Below are positions 8,425 to 18,997 of a stretch of 64,000 nt of DNA, in pieces; the first letter of the stretch is position 1, and each line of letters opens with the position of its first letter. The position numbers and the translations under genes are program-made. Below the pieces are notes generated by a model, which was given only the letters and a program-made list of their open reading frames with translations, was not told the origin of the DNA and did no database searches. This DNA is from Candidatus Poribacteria bacterium (GTDB taxonomy: Bacteria > Poribacteria > WGA-4E > UBA9662): NCBI GenBank assembly GCA_036339735.1, contig JAYZAL010000077.1:49810-113809 (forward strand), in the 5' to 3' direction.

Positions 8425-9492
8425 TTATCGGACCATTCTTCGGTAGCGACGGACCATTCGTTGATGTTGAGCTAAAGTCTGAGAAAAATTATGGCTACCA
8501 TCACCTGCTGCAACAAAATAAAAAAAGTCCGTCTGTACTGGCTGAAGTGCAGCCATGATTGATGCGTGGCCAGGATTACAGATGGGTCCCAAAGGCAAGC
8601 CTTTTTTAAGATAGGTATTGTATGGAGTGTCAGTACGAAGATCCAACCGAGTTAGTGAGCGAGATGGGTTGCCCAAACCGTATAGGACAGTCGGGTCAGC
8701 ATCTAATTTCCACCCCTTCCTTAATCGGTTATGATACACACTAGAAATAATCTCCCGCTCTTTATCAACCTGAGCTTCTTTTTCGATAATCGAGGCCAAT
8801 GTTATGATTTCTGCTGGAGACATTCCCAAATTTTCTGCCTTTTTTGTCATTTCTGGAGACCATCGTTCAACAAAGTATTCTAACATGGTTTCGATTATCG
8901 TGGCTGCTGAACTACCATCGGCTAGCCAATAGGTTTCGGGAAACAGGTAACCTTCTAATGAGTCTCCGGATAAATCGTAAGCTCGTCTCCAGTGAATACG
9001 GTTGGCTTCGCTCAAAAAATCATCAGCAGAACCAAACTCTGATCTTTCCCATAACTGGGCAATCTGTTTAACTGTCAAGCCTTCTGGTATTACTAACTGG
9101 CGCAATACTACCTGACCCTTTTCCAGTTGATCGATAATTTCTCCCAATGTCATCGATGGATCAAACTCGTATCGACCAGCTTTTAGTTGGGTGCCGGTAC
9201 CTCGCCAATGAACATAGAATTTGAATAGAATTGAACTACGAATGACACCCGAATCTAACAGTTTTTGGCAAATAATCTGAGATGTAGAACCTTTTGGTAT
9301 CTCGACAAGTGCAGGCTGATATCCTTTCTGAACGGGAAGCACATTGTAAATATAAAAAGCAATAATGACCAGTAGCATCAGACAAAATAATGTGCCTGCA
9401 ACCCGCCGGTTATGGCTCACAATCCTGCGCCAATTCAATTGGTCAGATCCAAGCCAATTTTTAATCAACTGGTTAAACTTAGTTGGCTCCAT
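8425..9492 (-). CDS. mltG: Endolytic transglycosylase MltG
   Basis: LEGYLFPETY, LASIIEKEA, ADPTVLY, PYNTY, GLPLGPICNPG; N-terminal TM helix. Confidence 0.95.
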   Translation of the reverse strand: MEPTKFNQLIKNWLGSDQLNWRRIVSHNRRVAGTLFCLMLLVIIAFYIYNVLPVQKGYQPALVEIPKGSTSQIICQKLLDSGVIRSSILFKFYVHWRGTGTQLKAGRYEFDPSMTLGEIIDQLEKGQVVLRQLVIPEGLTVKQIAQLWERSEFGSADDFLSEANRIHWRRAYDLSGDSLEGYLFPETYWLADGSSAATIIETMLEYFVERWSPEMTKKAENLGMSPAEIITLASIIEKEAQVDKEREIISSVYHNRLRKGWKLDADPTVLYGLGNPSRSLTRLDLRTDTPYNTYLKKGLPLGPICNPGHASIMAALQPVQTDFFYFVAAGDGSHNFSQTLAQHQRMVRRYRRMVR

Positions 9493-9940
9493 TCATCTGT
9501 AAATGTTGTAGGTAGTCTTCCAAAATTAGTGCAGCAGCTATTTGATCGACTTTCTGCTTCTTTCTTTTACGCCGGGTTTTATTAGTTATCATTATTTCTT
9601 GAGCCTGAATTGTTGTACGACGTTCGTCCCAAAACACGATTTCGGCTTGTGCTTCCACGGCTAGTATACTTGAAAAGTCTTTGATTTTTTGGGCTTGAAT
9701 GCTTATTTGATCATCCCATGTTAAGGGTAAACCCACCACAATTTGGATTGGCTTATATTCGTCGATTAGTTCCATAATGGCTGATATATCAGCTGGAGTT
9801 GTTCGACGTTGGATGGTACACAATGGGGTCGCCATAATCTGATTTTGGCTGATTGCTGTGCCTATACGGACGTCTCCAATATCTAGCGCAAGCAATGATC
9901 GCTGCTCCTCTGATTGATTGCTAATAGTTTGACTTTCCAT
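9479..9940 (-). CDS. ruvX: YqgF/RuvX pre-16S rRNA nuclease
   Basis: LALDIGDVRIGTA, VVGLP, WDERRTT, VDQIAAALIL. Start placed at 9940 because a sigma70 promoter lies at 9966-9994. Confidence 0.9.
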   Translation of the reverse strand: MESQTISNQSEEQRSLLALDIGDVRIGTAISQNQIMATPLCTIQRRTTPADISAIMELIDEYKPIQIVVGLPLTWDDQISIQAQKIKDFSSILAVEAQAEIVFWDERRTTIQAQEIMITNKTRRKRKKQKVDQIAAALILEDYLQHLQMNGAN

Positions 9941-9965
9941 ATCAGTTAGCTTCCCTTCCATCGGG

Positions 9966-9994
9966 ATCATAACACCGGCAGCCAGTGGTGTCAA
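9966..9994 (-). promoter_or_regulatory. Sigma70 promoter of the ruvX-mltG-lpx cluster
   Basis: TTGACA-17 bp-TATGAT with TGn extension. Confidence 0.7.
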
Positions 9995-10029
9995 GTTCCC
10001 AGCAAGAACCAATGAATCGCAAAAGCCGT

Positions 10030-10057
10030 TTGTCAATATTACCGACTGTGATATAAT
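10030..10057 (+). promoter_or_regulatory. Sigma70 promoter of the TPP-enzyme gene (divergent from ruvX)
   Basis: TTGTCA-16 bp-TATAAT with TGn extension. Confidence 0.6.
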
Positions 10058-10119
10058 TAAAAAACTAATAGTTAGGCGAAAATTGAATCTAGAAGTATCT
10101 GGTTGAGCAGAGGGTAGTC

Positions 10120-11757
10120 ATGAAAGGTGTTGATGTTGTTGCGCATATTCTCAAAGAAGAAAAAGTAGATTATCTTTTTTGTTTCCCGGCTAATAAACTT
10201 ATAGACTCGGCTGCCAAAGTCGGTATTCGACCAATTATGACGCGTACTGAACGAACATTAGTCAACATGGCTGATGGATTTAGCCGTATTTCTAATGGAA
10301 ATCAGATCGGTGTAGCTGTTGTTCAGTCTGGTCCTGGAAGCGAGAATGCTTTTGCAGGTGTAGCACAGGCATTCGCTGACTCAATTCCGATTTTGATGTT
10401 GCCAGGTGGTGTAAGCCGAAGATCAGGTGACATTCCCACTCATTTTTCATCCGTCAAAAACTACGCTCATGTTACTAAGTGGGTAGCTCAAGCTAACTTC
10501 GCTGATCGCTTACCTAATATGCTAAGAAGAGCGTATAGCTTATTACGATCGGGCCACCCAGCTCCGGTTATGATCGAAATACCAACCGATGTTGGCGAAG
10601 AGGACGTCTCTGATTATGCCTATACTCCACCCAAACCGATTAAATCTATAGCTGATCCTGTTAATGTCAAGAACGCCGTAGATTCTCTACTAATGGCAAA
10701 AAGACCTATACTATTTATCGGTCAAGGCTCTTTATTCGCTGAGGCATCATCTAGCTTAATCAGATTGGCTGAAATGCTTCAAATTCCAGTGATGACTACC
10801 ATGGGTGGGAAAGGGGCGTTTCCTGAAAATCATCCGCTATCGGTTGGTGCTAGTGGCCTGACTGGTTCTAGGGTAGTCAAGCACTTTCTATCGAAAGCTG
10901 ACTTGATATTAGGTGTCGGATCTAGTATGTCCAAGAATACCTTTGCTCCACAAGTGCCATCCAATATACCAATTATTCACAATACAGCTTCCGAAACTGA
11001 TATTAATAAAGATTGTGTGGCGACAGTTGCTTTACTCGGTGATGCTCGATTGGTGACCGATCAACTGATCGATGAGATTGTATCTCGAATCGGCGTAGAT
11101 GGTAGAGCTGAAAATGTTACCCTACTACAAGAGATCGCTGAAGTCAAAGCTGATTGGCTCTCAGAATGGATGCCTAGATTAACTTCAAATGAAATTCCGA
11201 TCAACCCATATCGCGTTATCTGGGATTTGCAAAAGGCAATTGATCGAACCAATGCGATTGTGACACATGATTCTGGTAATCCACGAGACCAAATGGTTCC
11301 CTTCTACGAGACATTAATCCCCAATGGTTATATTGGTTGGGGAAAATCTACACAGTTAGGTTATTCTCTCGGTCTGATGATGGGAGCCAAGCTAGCAGCC
11401 CCTGATCGTCTAGCAATTAATGTAATGGGTGATGCAGCTTTTGGTATGTCAGGCCTAGATTTGGAAACTGCGGTTCGCGAAAAAATACCAATTTTAACGA
11501 TTGTCCTCAATAATTCAGCACTTGGCGGATATGAAAAACATATGCCAATTGCAACTGAGCGTTATAGGACTAAATTTTTAACTGGAGATTACACTAAAAT
11601 AGCTGAAGGTTTAGGTGTTTACAGTCAAAGGGTAGAGAAACCGGAGAGTATCATTTCCTCGATTCAGCAAGCATGTGAAATCATGAAACAAGAGCAGAGA
11701 CCCGCTTTGATCGAATTCATTACTTGTGAGGATGCCGTTTTTTCCTACGGTCATTAG
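10120..11757 (+). CDS. Thiamine-pyrophosphate-dependent enzyme (acetolactate synthase-like family)
   Basis: ERTLVNMADGFSR, QSGPG, and the TPP motif GDAAFGM...IVLNN. Confidence 0.9.
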   Translation: MKGVDVVAHILKEEKVDYLFCFPANKLIDSAAKVGIRPIMTRTERTLVNMADGFSRISNGNQIGVAVVQSGPGSENAFAGVAQAFADSIPILMLPGGVSRRSGDIPTHFSSVKNYAHVTKWVAQANFADRLPNMLRRAYSLLRSGHPAPVMIEIPTDVGEEDVSDYAYTPPKPIKSIADPVNVKNAVDSLLMAKRPILFIGQGSLFAEASSSLIRLAEMLQIPVMTTMGGKGAFPENHPLSVGASGLTGSRVVKHFLSKADLILGVGSSMSKNTFAPQVPSNIPIIHNTASETDINKDCVATVALLGDARLVTDQLIDEIVSRIGVDGRAENVTLLQEIAEVKADWLSEWMPRLTSNEIPINPYRVIWDLQKAIDRTNAIVTHDSGNPRDQMVPFYETLIPNGYIGWGKSTQLGYSLGLMMGAKLAAPDRLAINVMGDAAFGMSGLDLETAVREKIPILTIVLNNSALGGYEKHMPIATERYRTKFLTGDYTKIAEGLGVYSQRVEKPESIISSIQQACEIMKQEQRPALIEFITCEDAVFSYGH

Positions 11758-11764
11758 AGCAAAG

Positions 11765-12559
11765 ATGAGCCTGAAAAAAACAATATCGTCTGCAAAGCCA
11801 AAAATTTTGATAACGGGTGCTGCTGGTAGGATTGGTTCTACTCTCCGCTCAGCTTGGGTAAGTGAAGGTCGGTACGACCTAACCTTGTTGGATTTAAACA
11901 AAATCGACTCAGAAATTATACAAGCGGATATTCGGCAGGCTGACCAGATGAAGATAGTTTGTCAGAACCAAGACGTTTTGGTTCACTTAGCCAATATTCG
12001 TTACCAAGACATTCTAGAAGATCCAGCTCAAATGACAGATATTACCGCTTCTATGCTATTGTTTGAGACTGCTAGACAAGCAGGAATAAGTAAGATAATT
12101 TATGCAAGTACCAATCACGTTACTGGTTGGAACGAAAAATTGGCACAACCATCAGATGGCAGTTGGACTGGAGTTCCACCTGTGGTTTCTACTGCTGATC
12201 AATTTCGACCTGACGGTTGGTATGGTGCAATGAAGGGTATGGCGGAGTTAGCTGGCCGCTATCTAGTTGATGCGTACCAAATACAGTTTACCAGCCTTCG
12301 AATTGGTAGTTTTAATGGAACTAGTCAGCCAAAGAACATCCGGCATTGTTCAACTTTATTGACCCCCCGTGATTGTGTCCAGTTGTTTACTCTAGCTGTC
12401 GATTACGATGGACCTGTAAAATACATAGTTACCTATGGAACCTCGGGTAATACGGATGGTTATCAAGTCGGTTTTATGGACATTAGGCCAGCTGTGGAAA
12501 TTCTTGGTTATCGTCCTCAAGACAACCTGATAAAAACCCATCGTCATTTGTTTGATTAA
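11765..12559 (+). CDS. NAD-dependent epimerase/dehydratase (uronate dehydrogenase-like SDR)
   Basis: ILITGAAGRIG, YASTNHVTG, RPDGWYGAMK (YxxxK), LRIGS. Confidence 0.8.
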   Translation: MSLKKTISSAKPKILITGAAGRIGSTLRSAWVSEGRYDLTLLDLNKIDSEIIQADIRQADQMKIVCQNQDVLVHLANIRYQDILEDPAQMTDITASMLLFETARQAGISKIIYASTNHVTGWNEKLAQPSDGSWTGVPPVVSTADQFRPDGWYGAMKGMAELAGRYLVDAYQIQFTSLRIGSFNGTSQPKNIRHCSTLLTPRDCVQLFTLAVDYDGPVKYIVTYGTSGNTDGYQVGFMDIRPAVEILGYRPQDNLIKTHRHLFD

Positions 12560-12939
12560 TTTGATTTCCTAAGACTGTAGGCGTATCTCCCTATACCTAG
12601 ATTTAGAGTAGGTATGGCCTCTTGGGATTACTAAGTTCTGAGGTGGAGTTTTTCCGACTTCACAGTGTCAGATACTGGTTCGACTGGTATGAAATAATAA
12701 CATTTCAATTAATCTGACAGGTCAACTCCAAAAGACGTCTGCACCTTAAATTGTCTGATTTTTGAACAACTGTCGTCATATAAAATTAGATGGCATGTCT
12801 AACTCCTTTGTTAAAATAACAAAAAATTGCCAGCGTAAGACTTCCTATGCTTACTTCTTGGTTAGATTAATTGATCGTAGTATGATGGGCCTCTGACCCT
12901 TTGGAACCTTTTCTCTAGAGAAAAAAGGACTCTGATGTA

Positions 12940-14049
12940 GTGCAAAAAGAAATTTCTCCGCAAATTAACAATCGCCCTGAGGTAACAGCTAACTATACTC
13001 TACCTACAATAGATTTAGCTGGCCAGATTCACCGACAAACTATTGTAGACCGAGAGAATGGTCAATACTTAGGCCACGTATCTACCATTTTACTAGCGGA
13101 CCAGCAAACTATCATTGGAGTTTACCCCAAAGGCCATGGGGGAGGGGCCATCGTGATGAAAAAAAGTTTTGATGGTGGGATAACATGGACAGACAGACTG
13201 AAAGTACCAGAAAATTGGAAGACCTCTAAGGAAGTACCAACCTTACATCGTGTAACGGATAAGTGGGGCGTTGAGAGAATTATTATGTTTTCTGGCCTCT
13301 ATCCAATTCGAATGGCAATATCCGAAGATAACGGTTTAAGTTGGAGTAAACTAGAACCGATTGGCAAATACGGTGGTATTGTGGCAATGAGTGATGTCAT
13401 CCGCCTCAAAAACGGGAATTACATGGCTTTTTTTCATGATGATGGGCGGTTTCTCAATCTGACAAGCAAAAAGTCCTATCCTTGTTTCGAAGTTTTTCAA
13501 ACGATTTCAGCCGACGGCGGTTTAACTTGGGGACAACCAACAGTAGTTACACATCATTCATCTGCACACCTCTGCGAACCGGGGTTAGTTCGATCTCCAG
13601 ATGGCAATCAGCTAGCGATGTTATTAAGAGAAAACAGCCGTCAATTTAATTCGTTTGTGACATTTTCTGATGACGAAGGCCAAAGTTGGTCTACACCAGT
13701 TGAACTCCCTGCTTCTTTAACTGGCGATCGGCATACTTGTCGTTACACGTCAGATGGGCGTTTAGTAGTAGTGTTTCGCGATACGACTCGCCAAAGCCCA
13801 ACTAGAGGGGACTGGGTAGCTTGGATCGGGTATTATCAAAATATTGCTGATGGAAGTCAAGGACAGTATCGAGTACGGTTGATGAAAAATAACAAAGGGG
13901 ACGACTGCTGTTACCCTGGAGTTGAAGTGCTGCCGGATGACACAGTAGTTTCTACAACGTACGGGCACTGGATAGCGGATGAATCACCTTTCATTGTCAG
14001 TGTTCGGTTCAAATTATCCGAAATTGACCAATTAGCTAGTCATAACTAA
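12940..14049 (+). CDS. BNR/Asp-box sialidase-like glycoside hydrolase
   Basis: Four Asp boxes (SFDGGITW, SEDNGLSW, SADGGLTW, SDDEGQSW), LCEPG, DCCYPGV. Confidence 0.85.
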   Translation: MQKEISPQINNRPEVTANYTLPTIDLAGQIHRQTIVDRENGQYLGHVSTILLADQQTIIGVYPKGHGGGAIVMKKSFDGGITWTDRLKVPENWKTSKEVPTLHRVTDKWGVERIIMFSGLYPIRMAISEDNGLSWSKLEPIGKYGGIVAMSDVIRLKNGNYMAFFHDDGRFLNLTSKKSYPCFEVFQTISADGGLTWGQPTVVTHHSSAHLCEPGLVRSPDGNQLAMLLRENSRQFNSFVTFSDDEGQSWSTPVELPASLTGDRHTCRYTSDGRLVVVFRDTTRQSPTRGDWVAWIGYYQNIADGSQGQYRVRLMKNNKGDDCCYPGVEVLPDDTVVSTTYGHWIADESPFIVSVRFKLSEIDQLASHN

Positions 14050-14064
14050 GCAGACTTTCGACAA

Positions 14065-17000
14065 TTGAGCGGTTTCCCAAAGCTAAGTCCATTTTTAGAG
14101 CGTGCCGGCTTAAAACATTCAGACGTTTTTTTTAAGAGCGATGATGGTAATTTCGCTTGTTGGGTTGAACATGTTGATGGCCTAATTTTCAGACATTATT
14201 TCGAGGGTATTCATAATATTGATAGTGGTCATCCTCACTTTCTGATTATTGAAAAATTACTATCGGTACTTGAACAGCAATACCCAAAGCAAAAGTGTCA
14301 TTTCGTTTTGGATCTGACCAATTGGAATGGAGCTTTTGCCAACCCATATAAATTCGATCTCAGAAGACACCGTCAGTGGCTAAATCGTAACTACGGTTCT
14401 GTAGCGATTATCAATGCTCCACTATTGACAAAATTGAACATTCGACTTCTAAAAACAGCTTGTCCTGGCCTAAAGTTTAGCTTTCATAAAAGTGACCAAG
14501 AAGCTCTTTGCTACTTTAAAGATACTACACTGCAATTTGAATCAGATTGCTCACCAGACAGGAGTGATACTGATCCAACAAAACTTACCCACGGATCACC
14601 TCAGAAACAACAGCTCAACGGAGATTCATTTCTGGCTAGTATTGGTATAAGAAACGGTGAATTACATTTTGAAATGCCTGATAGAAGCCATTGTTTTGGC
14701 ATAGAACACATTGAGGGTTTTATCTTTCGCCACTATTCTTCAGGGGCTGCACAAAATCAGGACGCTGATACTCCCTATTTAGAACAGTTTGAACGGTTAT
14801 TAGATCAGATGGATTTACACTATCCAGATCAGGATTGCCACTTTATCTATGATATGACCGGTTGGAAAGGAGTTAGCTCAAAATCACGAAAGGTTGGAAT
14901 GAAGAAACATGGTGAATGGCTTGATCGAAATTATGGATCAGTAGCATTGGTCAATGCTCCATTTATGGCGCGTGTTTTTGCCAGGTTAGCGGCCTCTTTT
15001 CAACCGAATTTACAGGTTAGTTTTCATACTTCTCAAACGTCTGCTCTTTCTCACTTGCGTAAGTATTCTGAACAAATACCAAATCTGGCCTCCTCTTTAG
15101 AGTTGGGTGGCTCTTACCAACCAAATTGGCAACAAGAGTTAGGGGTAGAACAAGATCACCAGACAACTTCATCCTCCAACTTATTCGATCAAAGATCCTC
15201 GGATCAAATAAGATTAAATTTTCATTCAGCCACAAAAGAGGCTCTCGTCTCTCAAGTGCAAGACTTGACACGCCAACTCGAACTTAATCGGCATCATTTA
15301 GCACATCTTTTTTTTGCTATGGGGCAGATTTCGTGGGATGAAGATTATATCTTTGAACAACCTGATCTACCAAATAATAGTCCGTTCAAAGATCTTTTCA
15401 ATGCATTACAACTTATGCATCATGATATTCGGTCTTTATTAGCGGAACGAGACGAACAAAATGACACCTTATTAGCTTACCGTGACCAGTTGGAAGAGCG
15501 TGTTCAGAAAAGAACCAAAGAACTGTTCCTGGCTAAAGAATCAGCAGAAGTAGCAACCCAAGCAAAAAGTCAGTTTTTAGCTAATATGAGTCACGAAATT
15601 CGAACACCAATAAATACAATTACTGGTATGACCCGTTTGTTAAGACGAATGGATTTATCGCCTCGACAAAGAGATTATGCTGATACGATACAAGGAGCTG
15701 CTAATGGTTTACTCACCATTATCAATGATATTCTGGATTTTTCTAAAGTTGAAGCTGGAAAATTGAACCTAGAGGTGGTCAACTTCGATCTATATCGACT
15801 AACTGAAGATGTTGTTCGGTTGCTCCAACCACAAGCAGAAGAGAAATTGATTCAATTGACCTTTGACATCAGTCAGAATGTACCACGTTATTTAAAAGGC
15901 GACCCGATTCGTATTCGGCAAATTTTATTAAATTTAGTCGATAATGCGGTTAAGTTCACTTGGGAAGGAAATGTGAGATTACTGATTCAGCAAGGATCAC
16001 TAAGTACAAATACTAATGACGTAGAGATCATTAGGTTTGAGGTACACGACACGGGTATTGGTATTTCCGAAAACAAACAGAATCAATTGTTCGATAGCTT
16101 TTTTCAAGTCGATACCGGGCTGACACGCCAGAATAGCGGTACAGGTCTGGGGTTGACAATTTGCAAGCAATTAGTTGATATGATGAAGGGTGAAATTGGA
16201 TTAGAGAGTATACAAAAAGAAGGCTCAATTTTTTGGTTTACAATTCCTCTTATCATAGGTGAATGTAGTCAAATTGATGAGATCCACCAGAGCCAACTAG
16301 CTAAACTTCCAAAATTTGAGGGGAAAAGTATACTTTTAGTCGAAGACAATTTTACCAATCAGAAAGTTGCTCTAGAGTATTTATCATTGATGCAGGTTAC
16401 GGTTGATACGGCTTCAAACGGAAAAGTAGCAGTTGAAATGGTAACGAAATACGATTATGATTTAATTCTAATGGATTGCCGTATGCCGGTTATGAACGGT
16501 CTGGAAGCTACCCAGAAAATCCGGAAACTAGATAAAAAAAATAGGGTGCCAATTATTGCTATGACTGCTAGTATTTTGGATGATGCTCGTCAGGAATGCT
16601 TAGCTGCCGGTATGGACGATTATTTGCCTAAGCCATTTCAGGAGGAAGAACTGATTTTAACTCTCAACCGATGGCTGTACGATAAAGATAAACAATTAGT
16701 CACCGCAAGAGAAAATGGGAATTTATCAGTCAGACCATTGGTTGCCAAATCTAATTTAATTGACCTCAGCTTGATCAAAGGATATTGTGTCGGAAATCCA
16801 ACGTTCATAGTTGACATGTTGGAAACCTACCTTAGTCATATTCCTCAAGAGATCCAGAAGCTACAAACAGCATGGTTCAAAAAGGACGACGAATTGGCTG
16901 GCGTTCATGCTCACTCTATCGGTGGTTCCTCCACAATGCTAGGAGCGAGTATTTTATCCGGTCTGGCCCATCAAATTGAACAAGACATCAAAGAAAAGAA

Positions 17001-17097
17001 ATGGGCTTTGGTAAAACCTAAACTGGAAGAGTTAAAATCAGCATGGTCCGACTTGGCATCAGAAATAGAAGATCTACTAAAGTCCTCAGATTTTTGA
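14065..17097 (+). CDS. Soluble hybrid sensor histidine kinase (tandem N-terminal domains, HisKA, HATPase, REC, Hpt)
   Basis: [65 protein letters not shown]. Confidence 0.93.
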   Translation: MSGFPKLSPFLERAGLKHSDVFFKSDDGNFACWVEHVDGLIFRHYFEGIHNIDSGHPHFLIIEKLLSVLEQQYPKQKCHFVLDLTNWNGAFANPYKFDLRRHRQWLNRNYGSVAIINAPLLTKLNIRLLKTACPGLKFSFHKSDQEALCYFKDTTLQFESDCSPDRSDTDPTKLTHGSPQKQQLNGDSFLASIGIRNGELHFEMPDRSHCFGIEHIEGFIFRHYSSGAAQNQDADTPYLEQFERLLDQMDLHYPDQDCHFIYDMTGWKGVSSKSRKVGMKKHGEWLDRNYGSVALVNAPFMARVFARLAASFQPNLQVSFHTSQTSALSHLRKYSEQIPNLASSLELGGSYQPNWQQELGVEQDHQTTSSSNLFDQRSSDQIRLNFHSATKEALVSQVQDLTRQLELNRHHLAHLFFAMGQISWDEDYIFEQPDLPNNSPFKDLFNALQLMHHDIRSLLAERDEQNDTLLAYRDQLEERVQKRTKELFLAKESAEVATQAKSQFLANMSHEIRTPINTITGMTRLLRRMDLSPRQRDYADTIQGAANGLLTIINDILDFSKVEAGKLNLEVVNFDLYRLTEDVVRLLQPQAEEKLIQLTFDISQNVPRYLKGDPIRIRQILLNLVDNAVKFTWEGNVRLLIQQGSLSTNTNDVEIIRFEVHDTGIGISENKQNQLFDSFFQVDTGLTRQNSGTGLGLTICKQLVDMMKGEIGLESIQKEGSIFWFTIPLIIGECSQIDEIHQSQLAKLPKFEGKSILLVEDNFTNQKVALEYLSLMQVTVDTASNGKVAVEMVTKYDYDLILMDCRMPVMNGLEATQKIRKLDKKNRVPIIAMTASILDDARQECLAAGMDDYLPKPFQEEELILTLNRWLYDKDKQLVTARENGNLSVRPLVAKSNLIDLSLIKGYCVGNPTFIVDMLETYLSHIPQEIQKLQTAWFKKDDELAGVHAHSIGGSSTMLGASILSGLAHQIEQDIKEKKWALVKPKLEELKSAWSDLASEIEDLLKSSDF

Positions 17098-17297
17098 ACT
17101 TAATGGACTGTATATAGGCTATCACTTCCCATTTTGGTTTTTGAATCTTCATTCTCTTCTTGAATGTCGCACAAGAACACCTATTTCTGATCAATCAAGT
17201 GTTCTAATTATTAGAAACTCGATCATAATCTTTTTGGACTCGTCTTTTGAAGACATATCCTTATTTTGTCCACAGACACAAAAGGATAATAGAAAGA

Positions 17298-18932
17298 TCA
17301 ATAGTGCCGCCACTTTTGATCGTGATAATAGTACTGTAAAATTGGTCGAGTCAGGGTATTGGGTTTTGTGTTAATTGGACTGATATCCTTGCCGAATTGG
17401 AACATAGATGCTGCAACAGTCGGAGTTAAAAATTCGGTTGGTACAGTTAAGGTAATATCTTCGATGACTAGGTGGGATTTTGCTGACAAGTTAAATCCCC
17501 AGTCTCCCATTGATGGAACGTCTACGTGGTACGCATAGGTATGCAAATTTGCTTTCTGCATTGTGTGGTGAATACACCAAAAAGCATACCGAGAGAAAAA
17601 GGGCGAAGTGCTTTGGCTGACCAAAATCCCACCATCAGTCAACTTTTTCTCTAACAATACATAAAAAGTCACGCTGTATAATTTTGACAAAGAAGCATAG
17701 TTTGGATCCGGGAGATCAATAATTGCCACATCATAAGATCGATCGAATGCCAACCGCTCAACATATTGATAAGCATCTTGATTCAATATCTTCACTCTTT
17801 TATCGGACAAAGAACCTTGGTTAAGGCTAACGATTTCTGGGTGTTTAGCACATAATTCGGTGATTTCGGGATCAATATCGATTAGTGTCACGTGCTCAAC
17901 TGATGGATACTTCAATACTTCTCGCAAAGCTAATCCATCTCCACCACCTAAAATTAAAACCCGTTTTTGGTTTTTGGCTAAACCCATAGCGGGATGCACT
18001 AATGCTTCGTGGTATCGATACTCGTCGACCGAGCTAAATTGGAGGTTTCCATCAATAAATAACCTTACGTCATTTCGTCGTTTTTGCACGGAGATTTTAG
18101 GTGGCTTTGGCTCAATGGATCCAGGCTCTTCTACTTTGGTTTTCTGGTGTTCCGATGAGTTAGTGAATGGTTTCGTTAAAACGATTTTTTGGTAAGGACT
18201 TTGTTCAGATAGAATGATAGTATGTCGGTACAACTGATCTTCTAACCACTTTTCAATTTGGGGGGATAGGTAAGCAGATACGAATAAACCAATACCAATT
18301 AAGGCTAACATTGCCCCCCATAATAATAATCTCTCAATCTCTGACCGATAGTTTATCAGTGTTACCATTGCAACTAGGATATTAAGTAACGCTACAATAA
18401 AGTTAGTTTGAATAATCCCTGTATATTTTAAGAGAATAAGGGGAAAAGCAATTGAGCCTATTAGAGACCCCCCGTAATCAAAAGCCAGTACATTAGCTAC
18501 GGTCACTCTTAAGTTATCTTTTTGTTCAATAATTCGCATCAGAATAGGAATTTCTAGCCCTACCATTCCACCAATCATAATGCTAATTATGATCATTACT
18601 ATCAAATAGGCTTCTACTGACTCGAATGCAAGATAGGCCATAAACAGAGATACGGTCGAAATCCCACCTATTAAACCAATCAAGATTTCAATTTGAATAA
18701 ACCGTGTAATTAAAGAATGGTTAAAGTACTTAGACAGGAAAGACCCAAAGCCCATGGAACTCATGAAAAGACCGACGGTAATCGAGAACTGGTGAATGCT
18801 ATTTCCGAGTAAATAGGATGATAGGGTTGCGATGACCAGTTCATAGACGATTGCGCAAGCAGCAATCATGCAAACTGATATTAATAATAAGGAATCTGAA
18901 GGTCGTTTAAGTTTCGATAAATTCTCTGGCAT
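17298..18932 (-). CDS. speE: Polyamine aminopropyltransferase with N-terminal membrane domain
   Basis: Seven or so TM helices, then LQFSSVDEYRYHEALVHP, VLILGGGDG, IDLPDP, VPSMGDWGF. Confidence 0.9.
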   Translation of the reverse strand: MPENLSKLKRPSDSLLLISVCMIAACAIVYELVIATLSSYLLGNSIHQFSITVGLFMSSMGFGSFLSKYFNHSLITRFIQIEILIGLIGGISTVSLFMAYLAFESVEAYLIVMIIISIMIGGMVGLEIPILMRIIEQKDNLRVTVANVLAFDYGGSLIGSIAFPLILLKYTGIIQTNFIVALLNILVAMVTLINYRSEIERLLLWGAMLALIGIGLFVSAYLSPQIEKWLEDQLYRHTIILSEQSPYQKIVLTKPFTNSSEHQKTKVEEPGSIEPKPPKISVQKRRNDVRLFIDGNLQFSSVDEYRYHEALVHPAMGLAKNQKRVLILGGGDGLALREVLKYPSVEHVTLIDIDPEITELCAKHPEIVSLNQGSLSDKRVKILNQDAYQYVERLAFDRSYDVAIIDLPDPNYASLSKLYSVTFYVLLEKKLTDGGILVSQSTSPFFSRYAFWCIHHTMQKANLHTYAYHVDVPSMGDWGFNLSAKSHLVIEDITLTVPTEFLTPTVAASMFQFGKDISPINTKPNTLTRPILQYYYHDQKWRHY

Positions 18933-18997
18933 TGGTCAGGGTCAGAATCTTACATTGGTCGTACCAAAACTCAGATCGGAAAGCAAAAAACACAAAT

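Noticed and set aside
9941-10036. N-terminal extension of RuvX in the ORF track
   Set aside because: It overlaps a strong sigma70 promoter and lies outside the YqgF domain.
12700-12810. Small minus-strand ORF after an AAAGGAG RBS (ATG 12796)
   Set aside because: It stops after six codons (MPSNFI*), and read-through gives no meaningful product.
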